A stretch of DNA of 60,290 nucleotides, filler included, from Dugesia japonica (GCA_001938525.1; 5 parts of 5 records of this genome joined end to end with filler, not necessarily neighbours in it); one strand, 5' to 3'. Shown: positions 13,925 to 27,259, numbered from the whole stretch's first letter. Program-made: numbers and translations. The notes: a model not told the origin generated them from the sequence alone.

Positions 13925-14190
13925 AAGTCGGTAAGGATTTTATTAAATTACACAGTAGTCGATAAAAGTTTTATGAAATTACACAGTAGTCGATAAAAGA
14001 TTTTTGAAGTTGCGTAGTAGTCGATAATTCTTTCAAAATCCTTTGTAAATGGATTTGAAAATTAATCTAAAAGTGACTAGAAGTTTCTAAATATTTTTAT
14101 GAAATTGCACGGTAATTCATAAAAATTGTCTGAAATTGAATTTTAAAGAAGTCACAAATTATTTTATGAAATTTTCATGAAGTTTCCAAA
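13925..14190 (+). repeat. Degenerate minisatellite of about 29 bp
   Basis: Repeated TTTTATGAAATTACACAGTAGTCGATAAAA-like units. Confidence 0.65.
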
Positions 14191-17100
14191 ATGAATGAAT
14201 AATATGCTTTATTACATACATAGTTTGAGTTTATTGCATGTACATGATGAGTACAATACAAGTTTGAGAATAGTGAAATACGAATGCTACCTACATGACA
14301 TTCTAATATTACTCAAGGAAAGGAATACATGAAAATTATGGATTCTAATACTGAAAAGTTTCATGACCCTCTAATTCATTTATATAATTACTTAGTAAAA
14401 CATTGATTTCAAATTTAAATATTCTCCACATAGAGTACTGAGTATTAATAATTCAATTTTATATATTTTTGTTTATCAGTTTAAACCTATTCAGGTACAC
14501 TTCAAATTTATTAACCCATCGATCACTTATTTAATGGTTTAATTTATTCATCGCTTGTTTCATATAGTCAGCTCTAAAGTTTACAGTTTACTTTGAAAGC
14601 AATAACCGGTTATTTATTCACATATCTTAACCTTAATAAAGAAAATTCTTTTGAAATTAGACTTCTATTGTGTGAATTCACCTATTAATTGTATACTTGT
14701 AACATATATTTTATTCAATAATTAAAATTCCAACCAATAATTCATTAACCTATCATTAACCATTCAAATCAATTAATTTATTCATTTAAATATTTTCATT
14801 AATTACTTAGTTAAATCTCCACAGAAATTTTATTCAACCAAAGTAGAATTTAGAACCAACATAAATATAATTATAAATTCAACTTTAACATTGATATATC
14901 CTAATTGAAAATAAAAGTGATCCTTATTTATTTTAGTATTTACTGAATGTGAAAACATAAATTGTAAAGGTGTTTCATCTTTATAATTGTTAAGGTTTAA
15001 ATTTGAGAAAATTGTCTTAATAATAAGCATCTATTTATGAAAAAGCTTAAATTTCCACTTCTTATTTAAAATGTCAAAAATTATTGTATTTTACACTTAA
15101 AATTTAAGTTTTAGGTACTTTCCTGATAATTATTTGAAAATTATTAAATCCATTAAATTTTCAATAAATATTTACAAATTATTTCCATATTTCAATACTG
15201 AATAAATTTGCTATTATAATTTTAATTTAACCATAAAAATGTATACATAAAATCTAATTGATTTTCAAAATTACCTTGTAAAATTTATTCAAAACATAAT
15301 TCAATTTACCAATAAAAGCATAGTTTTAATCAAATTACACATTGAAAATTAATAAATTCATCATACTTAATTTATTCAATCAATTATAGGAGATATTTTC
15401 AATAAATAATTACAAATATTTCAAATATATATATACTTAATAAAATATTCCTATTGTAAATTAAACTTTTATTAAATTAATCAAAATAACAAGTACAAAT
15501 ATAGAACAGGTTAAATAATTAAATATTAATTAAACAGTACATTTACTACTAGTAAGAAACCTGTATTTATTAAGATCATTGATGGCTGAAATACAGTGCA
15601 CTGTTATCAGAACACTGAAATCTAGTGCACTGTAATAAGAACACTGTGATCGGAGCTTTGATAACTTAGTACTAGTGAGGTGTGGAAAAACTAAGAAGTA
15701 AGATAAAAGAATAATGAAGAGTCAATTATCAACCAAATTCATTTAAAACCATCTAGAAATAGACTGAATCGAGTAAATTAATAAACTATTTTCTGTTCCT
15801 TATGGGCTCCCAAATTAAGTACGTATTTTTTCACTATAATTTTTTATCTACAAAGTTTGATGACTTTAGGTTAAGATATTTAGAATCAGTGAAAACATCT
15901 ATGTCAAAAAGATGTTTTTATTATAAATTTTGAAATAATTTTGATATTTTCGAATAAGGTTACCGAATCCGAGAGGACAGATGTACATATTCGTTGGGAA
16001 GCATTTTTCCGAAACAATATTTAATCTTGGCACAGTCACATTGTTCTTTTGTTATGTACACAGAGAAAATGGAAAACACACATTCAAAATTTGAGATTTT
16101 TTCACTACAAAACCACATTTATTTCATCGAGGTTTAAATTTGGCGAATTATGGTTAACATGAGGAAAAATTATTTTTTATGTAGAGATTCAATAAAACTC
16201 TAACAAATAAAATATACAAGCATTTTACTCAAGTTAGAAATCAAAAATGGATGAATAATTTATCACAATAGATTCTAAATGATAACAATAGAACTGTTCA
16301 TCTTTCAATTAAAATTACTCTATAAGAAACCAGTAATGAACCTAAAAGGATTAAAGAAAAAATAAATAATCACAACCATTCAAATGATTATTGGATCGTA
16401 GGGTTTGGGAAAACCAACCTTAAATACGCAAGCATGCGCACATCCGTATACAAAAAGAAAAAGTAAACACAACATACAAATACACAAAAATGACTTACAA
16501 AAATACACAAGCATAGACAAATACAAATCAATTGTCGATCAAAATTCAATCTACAATTCAAAAATCGATATTCAGATCAACCAATATTCGATATTCGAAC
16601 CTATCAATCAAGCCAGAGATCAATATCCAAGACTAATTCCTCAGAAATTTTATCAATTATTTTATTCTGCTTTCATTGCGTTATTTTATTCAGTTGACAT
16701 TAGGTTATTTCAAGAACACATTATTTTTATAATGTTTTACGATATTTTATCAACACATTATTTTATTATGTTATTTATTCTATTTTATGTTATTAGCATT
16801 ATGTCATTTTTATGGAATTATTATTTATATTATTTTTATGTCTAATCAATAATCGGTATTGAATTATTATCAATTCTTTTTGGAATTTAATTGTAACCGG
16901 ATATTTCGATTATTGAGACTGTATTTCAATTTTGTTCATGCGAATTTATTTAAATATAATTGTAAATAATATAATTTTTTGGAAAATTTAAATATTATAA
17001 AAGGATGTACATATCCTGTCAAAATAGTATAAATACAGTAGAAATTTTAAAACTGATCATCCCATTTTTAAGATGTAGAACAATTTGAATCTTCTCCGGA

Positions 17101-17499
17101 TTAACAACTAAAAGAAAAATATTAACGTGCAAAATTATTATTGTTTTGATGGGATAAAGTGTACCATTGTACTAAATTAATATACATTTATTTGAAAAGG
17201 TCAATCTTGAATTTATTATATAAGAGCTACTAAAAAGCATATTTATAAATATCATTTTATCTATATTGAACATATTAAGGTAAATAAGGAGAATATATAA
17301 CTTTAATATATTGGGAATATTTTAATATAAAAACAAAATATTGAATGTTGGTCACGTCATAAGATCGGTTATACTGAAGCAACTGATCCGATAAAAAAGT
17401 TGTAGAGTGCTGGAGTTATCATAAAACATGACATTTAATTTGAAATTGTCCAAATAAAAAAGCAACAAAATGTTTTGGCTGTAGCTATATTAGCAGGTT

Positions 17500-18280
17500 A
17501 TGTCAAGAAGTGAGGTGTCAACGATGTGTTAAGGCTAGACATAAGAGAGGAGAGTGCTACACAAATTTGAAAAGGAAAATAACAAGTGAGAAATTTACGA
17601 CTGCAGAAAGATCAAGAAACCAATATAATTGAGTACATTTAATTGATATAATCGATTAAAGATGAAGATGTCAGTTCAAACGATATATATGAGGAAGTTT
17701 ATGAGAGTGATTCCGAAAGGCAGTACCCAAAAGTCTGGGCTTCACCAGTAGAGAAGTTGGTTGGAGCCATTAATTGATAATTGAAGTTAGTCATTATCCT
17801 CCAGGGGTCAAAAAGTGGAATGATATCGGAAAAGGTATAGAAAAGGTATACAGGTTCTTAAAGAGGGAAAATTTTGCGGATGATATAAAAGTAGAATGAT
17901 TTGGAACAGTTGAAGCAGAACAGAAAACAAATATTTTGTAGAATAAATTATAAGGCAGACCAAGTGTTACGATATCAATTCAAGGAAATAAATTCTGATG
18001 TCTATTAGATAAGGAGGCTCAAATTGACGTGATGGGTTTGAGTTATTTTAAGAAATTACGAGAATAACATTTAAAAATGAATGATGAAAGATTGCGTTGT
18101 GCAAATAATAGTAAACTTGAAATTGTTGAAAAAGTAAGAACTGAATTGATAATTGATGAGATTTGCAAAGAAATTACATTTAGGTTGCTGAAAGTGTGAC
18201 ACCAGATCTTATAGGAGGAATAAATATGCAGAAGACTTTTGGATTTCAACTTATTCAAAGGGTTTATAGAAAAACGGATG
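17500..18280 (+). mobile_element. Ty3/Gypsy gag-protease fragment, decayed
   Basis: ISIQGNKF*CLLDKEAQIDVM and RLRCANNSKLEIV parallel the protease at 59939-60226 (RIQGRYIDCLLNTSAKINVM...LKCANNSRMNI). Confidence 0.65.
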
Positions 18281-18794
18281 AAAAAGTTAAAAGTTACATT
18301 TCTAAACAAAATAATAATATTAAAAATGAGTGATGATAAAGGTATCTTACAATACCATATATTAAATTTTCTAAAAACCTTTGGAATCAATACAACTATT
18401 AATTTTGATTTTCTTACAATAGCAAAACATTTAAATTTGAATATTGAAGTTTTAATGAGTAATGAGCTACGAAAATATCCCAAAGAGATTTGTTCAGGTT
18501 TCAACTTTTGATAACTTCGTCAGGTTGATATTCTTTTATAATTATCAAACCTATAAACAAAAAGAAAGTCATTGGGTTGCTTTGGATATTCCAAAAAAAT
18601 TTTGTTAAAAATAAAATATACTCTAAAAAAAATCTTTCTTACTAATAGTACTTTAGGCAATGTATAGCTAACTTTTAATTTTAAGACGATTGGTAATAGT
18701 TTCAAGTCCATATCTAAAAAAAAATCTTTAAACTTAAATTCAAATTCAAATATTTTATTAATCAGATCATATTTTTCAAAAGATAATTACAGAA

Positions 18795-18991
18795 CATTGC
18801 GACGCATACTTGCGCGCATCTTTTCCACTTTTCAAAACATTAATAGCATACACACATTGACCTTGAGTTACTTTTTAAAAACATTTTCAAAAAAAAATTT
18901 GTCAAAAAAAATTTTGTCGCAAAAAAAATTTGACGAAAAATTTTTTTCTGGCTGGGGGGGGGGTGCGGCAGTGCGGACATATCTCACTACT
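18795..18991 (+). mobile_element. Polinton-type TIR end (solo)
   Basis: G-run followed by GGACATATCTCACTACT; same CATATCT..CTACT terminus as 11441 and 41569. Confidence 0.55.
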
Positions 18992-19337
18992 CACATGGTT
19001 CTCTTAGAGTTAGTTTAATTAAAATGCGAATTACTGAATATAGTAAATTGATTAAGGAACTTGAAACAGAAAAAATTAAACTATTTTTATTTCATTGTAT
19101 AGCTCTAGAAGATGATGTTTTAACTGATCAAGAAATTATAACAAGTAAAGAAATAAATGAAGAATTGAATCCTTAGCTTCAAACTAGTAAAAAAGAACCC
19201 TACAGAGCAATTAAATGAACAATTAAAAGCTATCACTACACTCTAAACCACTTTCAAGAAAATGAGCAAAAATAATTAAATTATCACATTAGAAAATTAC
19301 CTTTGTAAAGACAAATATCATTTCTAAATATAATAAA

Positions 19338-20155
19338 ATGACTTTCAAGTGTCAATATTATGGAATTGAGTTTAATGTCAAAGCTTATGCTGCTCACAAA
19401 TTGAAAGCTCTTGTTGGAATCCAATTTATTATCCAATGTATTGTTCAGAGTGTAAAATGAAATTTATTGATCAATACTAGGCAAATACTCATTTCAATAG
19501 AGAAGCTCATGAAAAACAAGTAGAAAAGAATAAACAAAAAAGAAAACAAGAAACAATTGAATTTTTAAAGATTTACCCTACTGTAAATAGTTTTATCCAA
19601 TTGTCGAGAACGAAGAAATTAGAAACTTGTTTAAAGATTATTCAAAATATACAAGTTTAATTGACTAGAAAATTAGATATACAAAGAAGTTCAGAACTTC
19701 CTGAAGTTTACAACAAAGAAGAATATCTTGAAGAAAACTTTATAGGAATGGAAAATTATTCGAAAGAAATTTTTTCTCTAGCAATGATTTATCAGAACAA
19801 GTTTAAAAAGTACAAGATTCAACTTTAATGTCACGTCGAATTGGAAAAGAATTATTCTGAAAATGCAAATAAAAATGTACATTTCAATTTCACATAGAAT
19901 CAATTAAAATTACAAGATAAAAGCAAAATAGAAGAAACAGTTGCTAAATTATTATTGATTTAGAATCTCAAATATATAAAAAGGAATTGGATGTTTCTGG
20001 TTGCATCTTTGATTGTTTGAGTTGGATTAAAATTGTAATGTCTAGATACAAATCAAGAGCTGGCTCTTCTTATTCAGAGTTACCCAGAAAATTTCAAAGA
20101 AGTGGATTAATTAATATTAAAAACAAAGATAAAAAATGTTTCTAAAGCTGTATGG
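19338..20155 (+). pseudogene. polB: Polinton pPolB N-terminal region (zinc fingers + OTU-like segment), decayed
   Basis: MTFKCQY... and YCSECKMKF...THFNREAHEK zinc fingers; SGCIFDCLSWIKIVMSRYKSRAGSSYSELPRK...INIKNKDKKCF matches the Polinton pPolB N-terminal GSGW...GSSYxxLP...INxxNxDxxCF signature. Confidence 0.75.
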
Positions 20156-21489
20156 AAGTTTTCCCATCAGCTTTGTGGAAGAAATTGAGAATATAGTTGA
20201 GTTACTGATGACATACAACGATAATGAAGAAATGAGGCCAGAACTTCTTATGCATTGTTGTAATACCGAGGAAATTAAGAAAAATGTGGCAATCTAAAAC
20301 ATAATAGATTCAAACGGCATTATTACGCTTTTACGAAGGGTTCATATAATTAAGGATAAAGAGTCAATAAATGCTATCCCTCTCAGTTACAGAGGATCCC
20401 TAATAAACAAAAACCAACAATACAATAATTACAAACGACAAGAGGATTGCCAGACAAGCAGAAATTCAGGGCTGATGGACAACAAACAAAAAGAGATATA
20501 ATGTTACGGTGACAATTAGTTGGGGCATATAAGAAAAAACTCCCCATTGACACTCATAAGAAAATGTTTCGGATGCGGATCGACCGAGCACATAAGACGT
20601 TTTTGCACGAAGATAAAATTCCTAAAGTGTAAACTTAATGGACATCGAGCAAATGAATGTAGAATGTCAGATGGAAGAATTCAATAGATAAAAAGACATG
20701 CCGAGTATGATAGAGGAAAATGGGATGGTAAAAGAGGGTCAAACAATAAAAGGTTGATACAGAACGATACATCAAGACGAAAAAACGGGCGAATTATCAT
20801 AGACGCAGTCAATAACGAATCACCTAAAAGAGAAATCTACAAATACGATGATGACGAGAGATCGTGAAGAGAATACAACGAAAAAAGGCACCCAAATGAG
20901 AGGGCTCCGTTAGAAGACGAAATTATAGGAGTCTTATACTAAATAATTTAGAAAGTGTTACTTGCAATGGAGGCCGCGTGGTGAGTACCGTAAGGGCAGT
21001 GTAAAAGAAAATTGAAGTTAAATGAGAAACAGCGAGGATAGAAATCAAGAAGCAGAAAAATTGACAGTTAAAGAATGGAAAGGAAAACATATTTTTTATG
21101 ATAGAATGCAAGGTAGGCCCAGTATTTAGATAGAAATTCAAGATAAGCTATTTGATTGTTTGTTGGACACATGAGCAAAAATTAACGTGATGAGTGACAG
21201 AGTTCTTAGGGAACTGGGTAATATAGTTATACAGAAAACAGATGTAAAATTACGATGTGCTTACAATACGATACTGGAAACGCTAGGACAGGTGGTGATA
21301 AACACAAGTATTGGACAACAAAGAGAAATGAAAATAGCAAAACAAGCATGTCCAGACATAATAGGATGAATTGAACTACAACAGAAATTTGGCCTTGAGT
21401 TACAAAAAAGATCAAGCGAAGAGAATGAGACACACATTGGTGTTTTAGAAACAAAATTTGGAAGAGTCATATTGGACGATGAACGGGAG
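20156..21489 (+). mobile_element. Ty3/Gypsy gag (CCHC knuckles) and protease, decayed
   Basis: CFGCGSTEHIRRFC plus two degenerate flanking knuckles at about 20500-20665; protease FDCLLDT*AKINVMS at about 21150-21195. Confidence 0.8.
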
Positions 21490-21589
21490 NNNNNNNNNNN
21501 NNNNNNNNNNNNNNNNNNNNNNNNNNNNNNNNNTTAATTAATTAANNNNNNNNNNNNNNNNNNNNNNNNNNNNNNNNNNNNNNNNNNNN
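21490..21589. other. Artificial contig spacer
   Basis: 44 N + TTAATTAATTAA + 44 N. Confidence 0.95.
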
Positions 21590-22089
21590 AAAGAAAAACA
21601 ACCCACGATAACTCATATTTTGTGCGCGTTTGCAACTACCCTTGTGGTGAAAACCATCCATCCAAAGTCATAAGTCCTTTAGACAATATATAGACCAAAT
21701 ATTTGTCCGACAAGAAATAAATCTTCAAAATCAAGATCTCCAGCTACTCCTCCTCGTTTTTAAAGGCTTTTACACACACACACACAAAACCACACACAAA
21801 CACAACTTGACCTACTTTTTAAAAAGCACCTTAACAACCCAAACACAAAGAAAATTTAAAATTTGAAAATACACTCACTGAAATTCAGGGTAGAAAAAAA
21901 ACTAATCATATCAAAAAAAAATTTGATATGATCAAAACTTTTTTGATCCCAAAAATCTTAGAAAAAAAATCGATCACAAAAATCAATATTAAAAAACGCA
22001 GCTTAAGCGTAATGTATTTCCGAGCCCCCCGGGGGAAGGGGGACTCAATAACTGCTTAAAAATATTTTTGCCCGAATTTTGGCTAGAAG

Positions 22090-23390
22090 TATAGAAGAAA
22101 TAAAATCATTACGGAAACGGACAGGACATTATGCCATGCTGGATTTCAGAAAAAGTACGATTTTATGAAACAAAAATATTATATGGAAATCTTTAAAGAA
22201 TTTGTGAAGAAAATTATTCAGAATATGTCATGAAAAAAAAGTTTATACAATGAAAACGAAAAAGGAATGCCTAAAATGATCATCTAATGAACAATTTAAA
22301 TTTATTTACATAGATTTTTGCGGACCATTTAAATTGACAAACACAGGGAAAAAGTATATATTTGCAATTATTGATCAGTATAGCAAATATATTTTTACTA
22401 AAAGCAGTAAAATATCATTATGATAAAACTTTAATCAAGATTCTAAGTGAATTTTATAATTACAATTATTGTGAGAATAATTGTTGGACTTAACCATTGA
22501 TCGCATTTGAGATTTCATTAAAATAAGAAAAAGCTTCGATCAAAATAAAATTTGAACCTTTTTACAAATAAATTTTATTTTGATCGAAGCTTTTTCTTAT
22601 TTTAATGAAATTCTAAGTGACTGTTGGTTATTGAAGATTGGTTCACAAAGATCGATTCATGTTGACCATGGAAGATGTTTTTTATTATCGAATTTTAAAG
22701 ATTTAGCAAAGAAATTTAATTTTAAAATAGAATATTCTAGTCTATAACACCATCAAGCAAATGGTCAAATTGAACGGCAATTTCAAACGATTAGAGATTG
22801 AATATATTGCTGTGTGGAAAATAAATTATTCAAAAATTGGGAAGAATGTTTATCTCAAATAGAATTTACTATGAATTCTACAATTCCTAAAATTACTAAA
22901 ATAAGTCCTGTAGAAATGATTTTGGAAAAAGGCTAAGTATAGATAAATTTGAAAGCTGGGATAAATTTCAAAACAATGAGGATATATCGAATCAAATGCA
23001 CAATAATACAGAAAGGAGTTTTAAAATTGGTGACAAAGTTTGGAGTAAAATTGATGTTAGAAATAAACAAGAAAAACGATATGATGGTCCATACACCATA
23101 ATTGATAAGCTACACAATAGCAGCTAAAAAATTAAGAAAATTGATGGTACCGAAATTTATCGAATTATTGAATGGCTTATGCCATATCGGACAGGGGAAA
23201 TGTGAGTAGGATATATTTCTGATAATTAAATATTGATTTGACCCGTATGTATGTTGCGATTGATGTGACCTGTATGAATATTGTTAATTATATAATATAT
23301 TTTTCGAATCATTGCATCAATTATATTCCCCATATTTACAGTTAGTGTGTAATTGACACTTTTTATTATAAAAAAATTTTTTAATTTGTA
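22090..23390 (+). mobile_element. Ty3/Gypsy integrase, polypurine tract and start of 3' LTR, decayed
   Basis: IYIDFCGPF, YIFAIIDQYSKY, IHVDHG, HHQANGQIERQF, YDGPYTI; PPT ACAGGGGAAA at 23191-23200 followed by TG. Confidence 0.82.
22451..22609. mobile_element. Penelope pseudo-LTR-derived hairpin insertion with 11-bp target-site duplication
   Basis: ATTCTAAGTGA repeated at 22440-22450 and 22610-22620; removing the insert restores integrase reading KILSDCWLLK; internal palindrome; same family as 31596-31663, 32665-32856 and 33150-33300. Confidence 0.75.
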
Positions 23391-23394
23391 TTTA

Positions 23395-24335
23395 GTTCTT
23401 GATACTAACATAATACATTGGAGATTACTTCGGTTGTATTTACAAGTTGGTGTTGAAGTGACTAAAATTCATAGGGCTGTAAAATTTGACCAAGACTATA
23501 TCTTTAAGACATATGTAAATGAAATCTCTGCATTAAGATCTGAAAGCAAAAATGAGTTAGATAAAAATTATTATAAACTACTCAATAATATTCTTTATGG
23601 TAAGACTGTTAAAAATCTTAAAAAGAGGACAAATCTCCGTCTCTGTAACTCTGATAAAAAGTTAGTGACGTATACATCCAAACCAAGTTTTAGGAAAACA
23701 TTTAAAATTGATAAGGATCTGATTGCTGTTNNNNNNNNNNNNNNNNNNNNNNNNNNNNNNNNNNNNAGTTATATTGGACAATCTGTACTTGATTTATCTA
23801 AGCTTAGGATGTATCAGCTTCAGTATATAGATTTACAAAAATAGCTTCTTTTTAGACGTTAAAGATATTAAATTAGAGAAATTATTATACTTAATGGTTC
23901 AAGATAATCTTTTTGAAACATCAAATTATGCTAAAAATTATACACGTTTTAATAATGACTTGAATTCTGTTGTAGAGAAATTTAAAGACGAGTCTAAAGG
24001 CATAAGGTATAAGGAATGGATTTTTATGAGACCAAAATGTTACAGTCTTCTAAGCGAAAAACCTCTATGATGGCTAAGGGTGTAACATTAAAAGGTACTA
24101 ACATAAATCATCAGTCATACCTTGATTGTAATAATAATAATAAAAGGTCTCAGTAAATCAATTTAGAATTTTGACAAAAGACCATACAATAAATAGTTCA
24201 AATAATTCAAAAATAGCATTAACAAACACAGGCCATAAACAAGTATGGTTAAAACAGAATTAAAGTTTACCATACGGACATTGTGATATACCACCTTGTA
24301 TGGAAGACGAATCAAAATCAAATCAGACATTGTAA
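23395..24335 (+). pseudogene. polB: Polinton protein-primed family B DNA polymerase, C-terminal half
   Basis: YYKLLNNILYGKT (motif B), YIGQSVLDLSKLRMY, KFKDES, FMRPKCYS, AKGV, LPYGH; stops, frameshifts and loss of the YxDTDS motif. Confidence 0.9.
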
Positions 24336-24528
24336 AAGTAAATATTTGTTATTTATTAAATTAATTTGTTCTGTATTTTTAAACAGTTCAATAATCAAAC
24401 AATAGACAGATTCATCAGATTTTTATTAAATAAATTTTTTACTTTGTAAAAATGATTTATTAAGTTATTAAGTTATTATAGTTATTATAAATTATTAAGT
24501 TTTTATAGTGTGTTTTTATTATTTCTAA

Positions 24529-25849
24529 TGATAATAGGGATCCCCAAATAAAGAACTTGTTTCTCTATAACATTTTATGTATAAAAATTGTTGATTTTAA
24601 GTTAATATATTTGTAATTAGTATAAAATGTCCAGTTGAATAGTATAAATTTCGATAGGTTTTGAAGTACTTTTGATATTTTCTAAAAATGTTATCAACTC
24701 CTGGAGCGCTAATATCCTAATTTATTTCACCAAGTATTAACTTTGGCGATTTTAGGTTAGCATATTTGAGAGAAATATTTTTTCCAAAAGATTTTATTTG
24801 TGAAAAATGATCGCCGTAAAATTCTCAACAGTTTGGTTTAAAAATCTTTGAAATCTGAGATATAGAACATCTTTTTTCAAAGTTTAGACTATTCACCTAG
24901 ACTCCCATAAAAAAGTCATTCAAAAAAGTTTAGATTTTTCATATTATTTAAACATGGACGGTTTGCCAGGATTTCTGTAAATAATTCCCATAAAAATTTT
25001 CCCACTTAAAAAGCCTAAAAATCCTTTCCAAACTAAATACACAAGAAAAATTAAACACAACACTACCATGTAAAAAGTCTAAAAAAAGTTTCCCAACTAA
25101 ATACACAGGAAAGATTAAACACCAGTTGATCCTATTACATAAAACTTCATCGATGAAATTAATTTTATGACATAAATTGTGTGTAAAAACTTTTCCCAAC
25201 TAAATACACAGGAAAAATACACAACAACTGCTTATGGAGAAGAAATTGAGTTTATAACCTGTAGAATATCAAATAGAGCCGTTGCATTAACTGACAACAT
25301 TTTTGAAGATGGGATAAACCAATAGAAAATAACAATAAAAAGTGAACTAGTCTCCAGTTGGATGTTGAACCGAATACTAGAAATTTTTGAAAAAATATGT
25401 TCTATATCTCAGATTTCAAAACGTTTTATACCAAACTCCTGAAAATTTACGGCGATCATTTCTCACAAATAAAAAATCTTTCGAAAACATTTACCTTCTC
25501 AAATATGTCAGCAAAGTGTCTTTACGATAAAGAAGTTTTCGCTGATTCTAAATACGTTAACCTAAATCGCCAAAGTTAATACTTGATTAAATAAATAAAG
25601 TTTTGTCGTGAAAAAATCTCAAAATTCAGAGTTTAGTGCTCAGACTTATGCGCGTAGATAACAGCTATCGACTCAACTTTGGTATCATTTTCCTCAGGAT
25701 GAAAAAGTCACTGTTCAAATTTAAAATATCGTCTCAGGAAAAATGCTTTTAGGTAAAAACTTTATACCAATCACAAATATATTAACCTAAAATCCAAACT
25801 TTATACATAAAAAGTTATAGAGAAAAAACGAGTACTTTATCTATTATAA
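24529..25849. mobile_element. Foldback/MITE-like element with long inverted arms
   Basis: About 24529-24890 is the reverse complement (with indels) of about 25378-25849; the spacer has direct repeats TTTCCCAACTAAATACACAGGAAA near 25024, 25089 and 25192; another partial copy lies at about 15810-15960. Confidence 0.75.
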
Positions 25850-25970
25850 TTCAAATTCATTTAATTTAATTTAAATAATTGAATTTTTAAATAATTTCAA
25901 CAAGAATTTTCTAGAATCAACTGTTTAAACCTATCAATGTATTTTACTAATACACACTTGTTCTAAAACC

Positions 25971-25978
25971 TATATAAA
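25971..25978 (+). promoter_or_regulatory. TATA box of Polinton ORF
   Basis: TATATAAA 33 bp before ATG 26012, conserved in the second copy (37994-38001). Confidence 0.55.
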
Positions 25979-26011
25979 GTGAATCTTGAATTCATTATTC
26001 ATTATTTTAAA

Positions 26012-26365
26012 ATGAAGATAACTGAAACTCTTACCACGGAAAATTCTTCTACACTAGTATTCGAGTGTGAAAACTCAAGAAATTACTTGAAACATGAGAG
26101 GTTTTTCTTTAAGAGAACAATCAATTAATATTGTGTTTACGACTTATACAAATATGAAATCAGTGACAATGATCAAAAGACTCTTAATGAACTATTTGTA
26201 AGAATCAATGAACGCATGAAAATTGAAGATGCAACTTTATTAAATCTAAAGAAAGTAATGTTCAAGAAAGTAAATTAAAGATTGCAGTTGAAATTATTGG
26301 ATACAAGAAATTCGAAGACATAGTAAAACCAATATGAAAAATTACATCAACTCAAAGGATTGAAT
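26012..26365 (+). pseudogene. Polinton accessory ORF of unknown function, decayed
   Basis: MKITETLTTENSSTLVFECENSRNYLKHERFFFKRTIN*Y...IAVEIIGYKKFEDIVKPI; the N-terminus is duplicated at about 38035-38150 next to a TIR. Confidence 0.6.
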
Positions 26366-26459
26366 TAAAAATTATTTAATAAATATTAGTATAAATAAAC
26401 GACTTATCTTATTAATTTCTACTTAATTAATTTTATTAATTTTATAAATCAAAAAAAGT

Positions 26460-27256
26460 TTAAAACAGTAAATTTTCTTTTTAATTCAATCCCATATTAC
26501 TCGATGTTCCATTGATTGTTCTGTATGACATTTGGCAACTGAAATTATAATATTAAAATAGATTATTAAAGCAACAAAAATAATTAAAGTATTTGGATCT
26601 CTTTCCATTTTGTGTTCATGTTGCTGTCTTAATGCAATTGATAATGACTTCAGTTTTATATTAATTTGAGCTTGATTTATTGATTATGGAATTGAGTAAC
26701 TTAAATCATCATTGTATTATTTGATTAATGATTCTTTTGCGTTCTTATAATACTCATTTGTAACCGTTGACAAATCGAGAATATAACATTTAACCTAATT
26801 ATCCATTAGAAATTTCATATTTTCCAATGAATCTGGATTATATTTCAGTTTATCTATTAATTCTATTCTTCTGAGTATTACAAAACTATCGAAAAATTGA
26901 ATTTGAATAAGAGCTTGTAGACCGCTTTGTAATGTTTCTTCTAATTTATGATAATAAAGTATAATTTCATTGTTTGATATTTCCTCCATTGCATTGATAA
27001 ATGGGTCAAAAGAAAATGAATTTGCCAGATTATTGGCAACATCAACTTTACATTGGTTGAGATAATCTTCATAATTCAACGATAAACAACCTTTAGTCTC
27101 TGAAATAATTTTTGTAATAAAAGTTCTTCCATGCCATTTTATGAAAGATATCATGAATTCATAATCATTATCATCTTCAATAACAACATCTTGATTAAAT
27201 AGTTCTATTTCTTTCAACATTTCTTTTTGTTTTTCTGACAGAATTACATCATCCAT
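26460..27256 (-). pseudogene. Polinton ORF of about 265 aa, predicted mostly helical, unknown function
   Basis: ORF 26795-27286 (likely start MDD at 27256) continues in the same frame through four stops to about 26460. Confidence 0.6.
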
Positions 27257-27259
27257 TTT

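Noticed and set aside
16405-16845. 146-aa ORF as a gene
   Set aside because: Non-ATG start, low-complexity LTR-like sequence and no motifs.
24529-25849. Head-to-tail Polinton TIR junction (circular or concatemer intermediate)
   Set aside because: The arms do not match the AGT-terminated TIRs, there is no ACT/AGT junction in the centre, and another copy occurs at about 15810-15960 outside this context.
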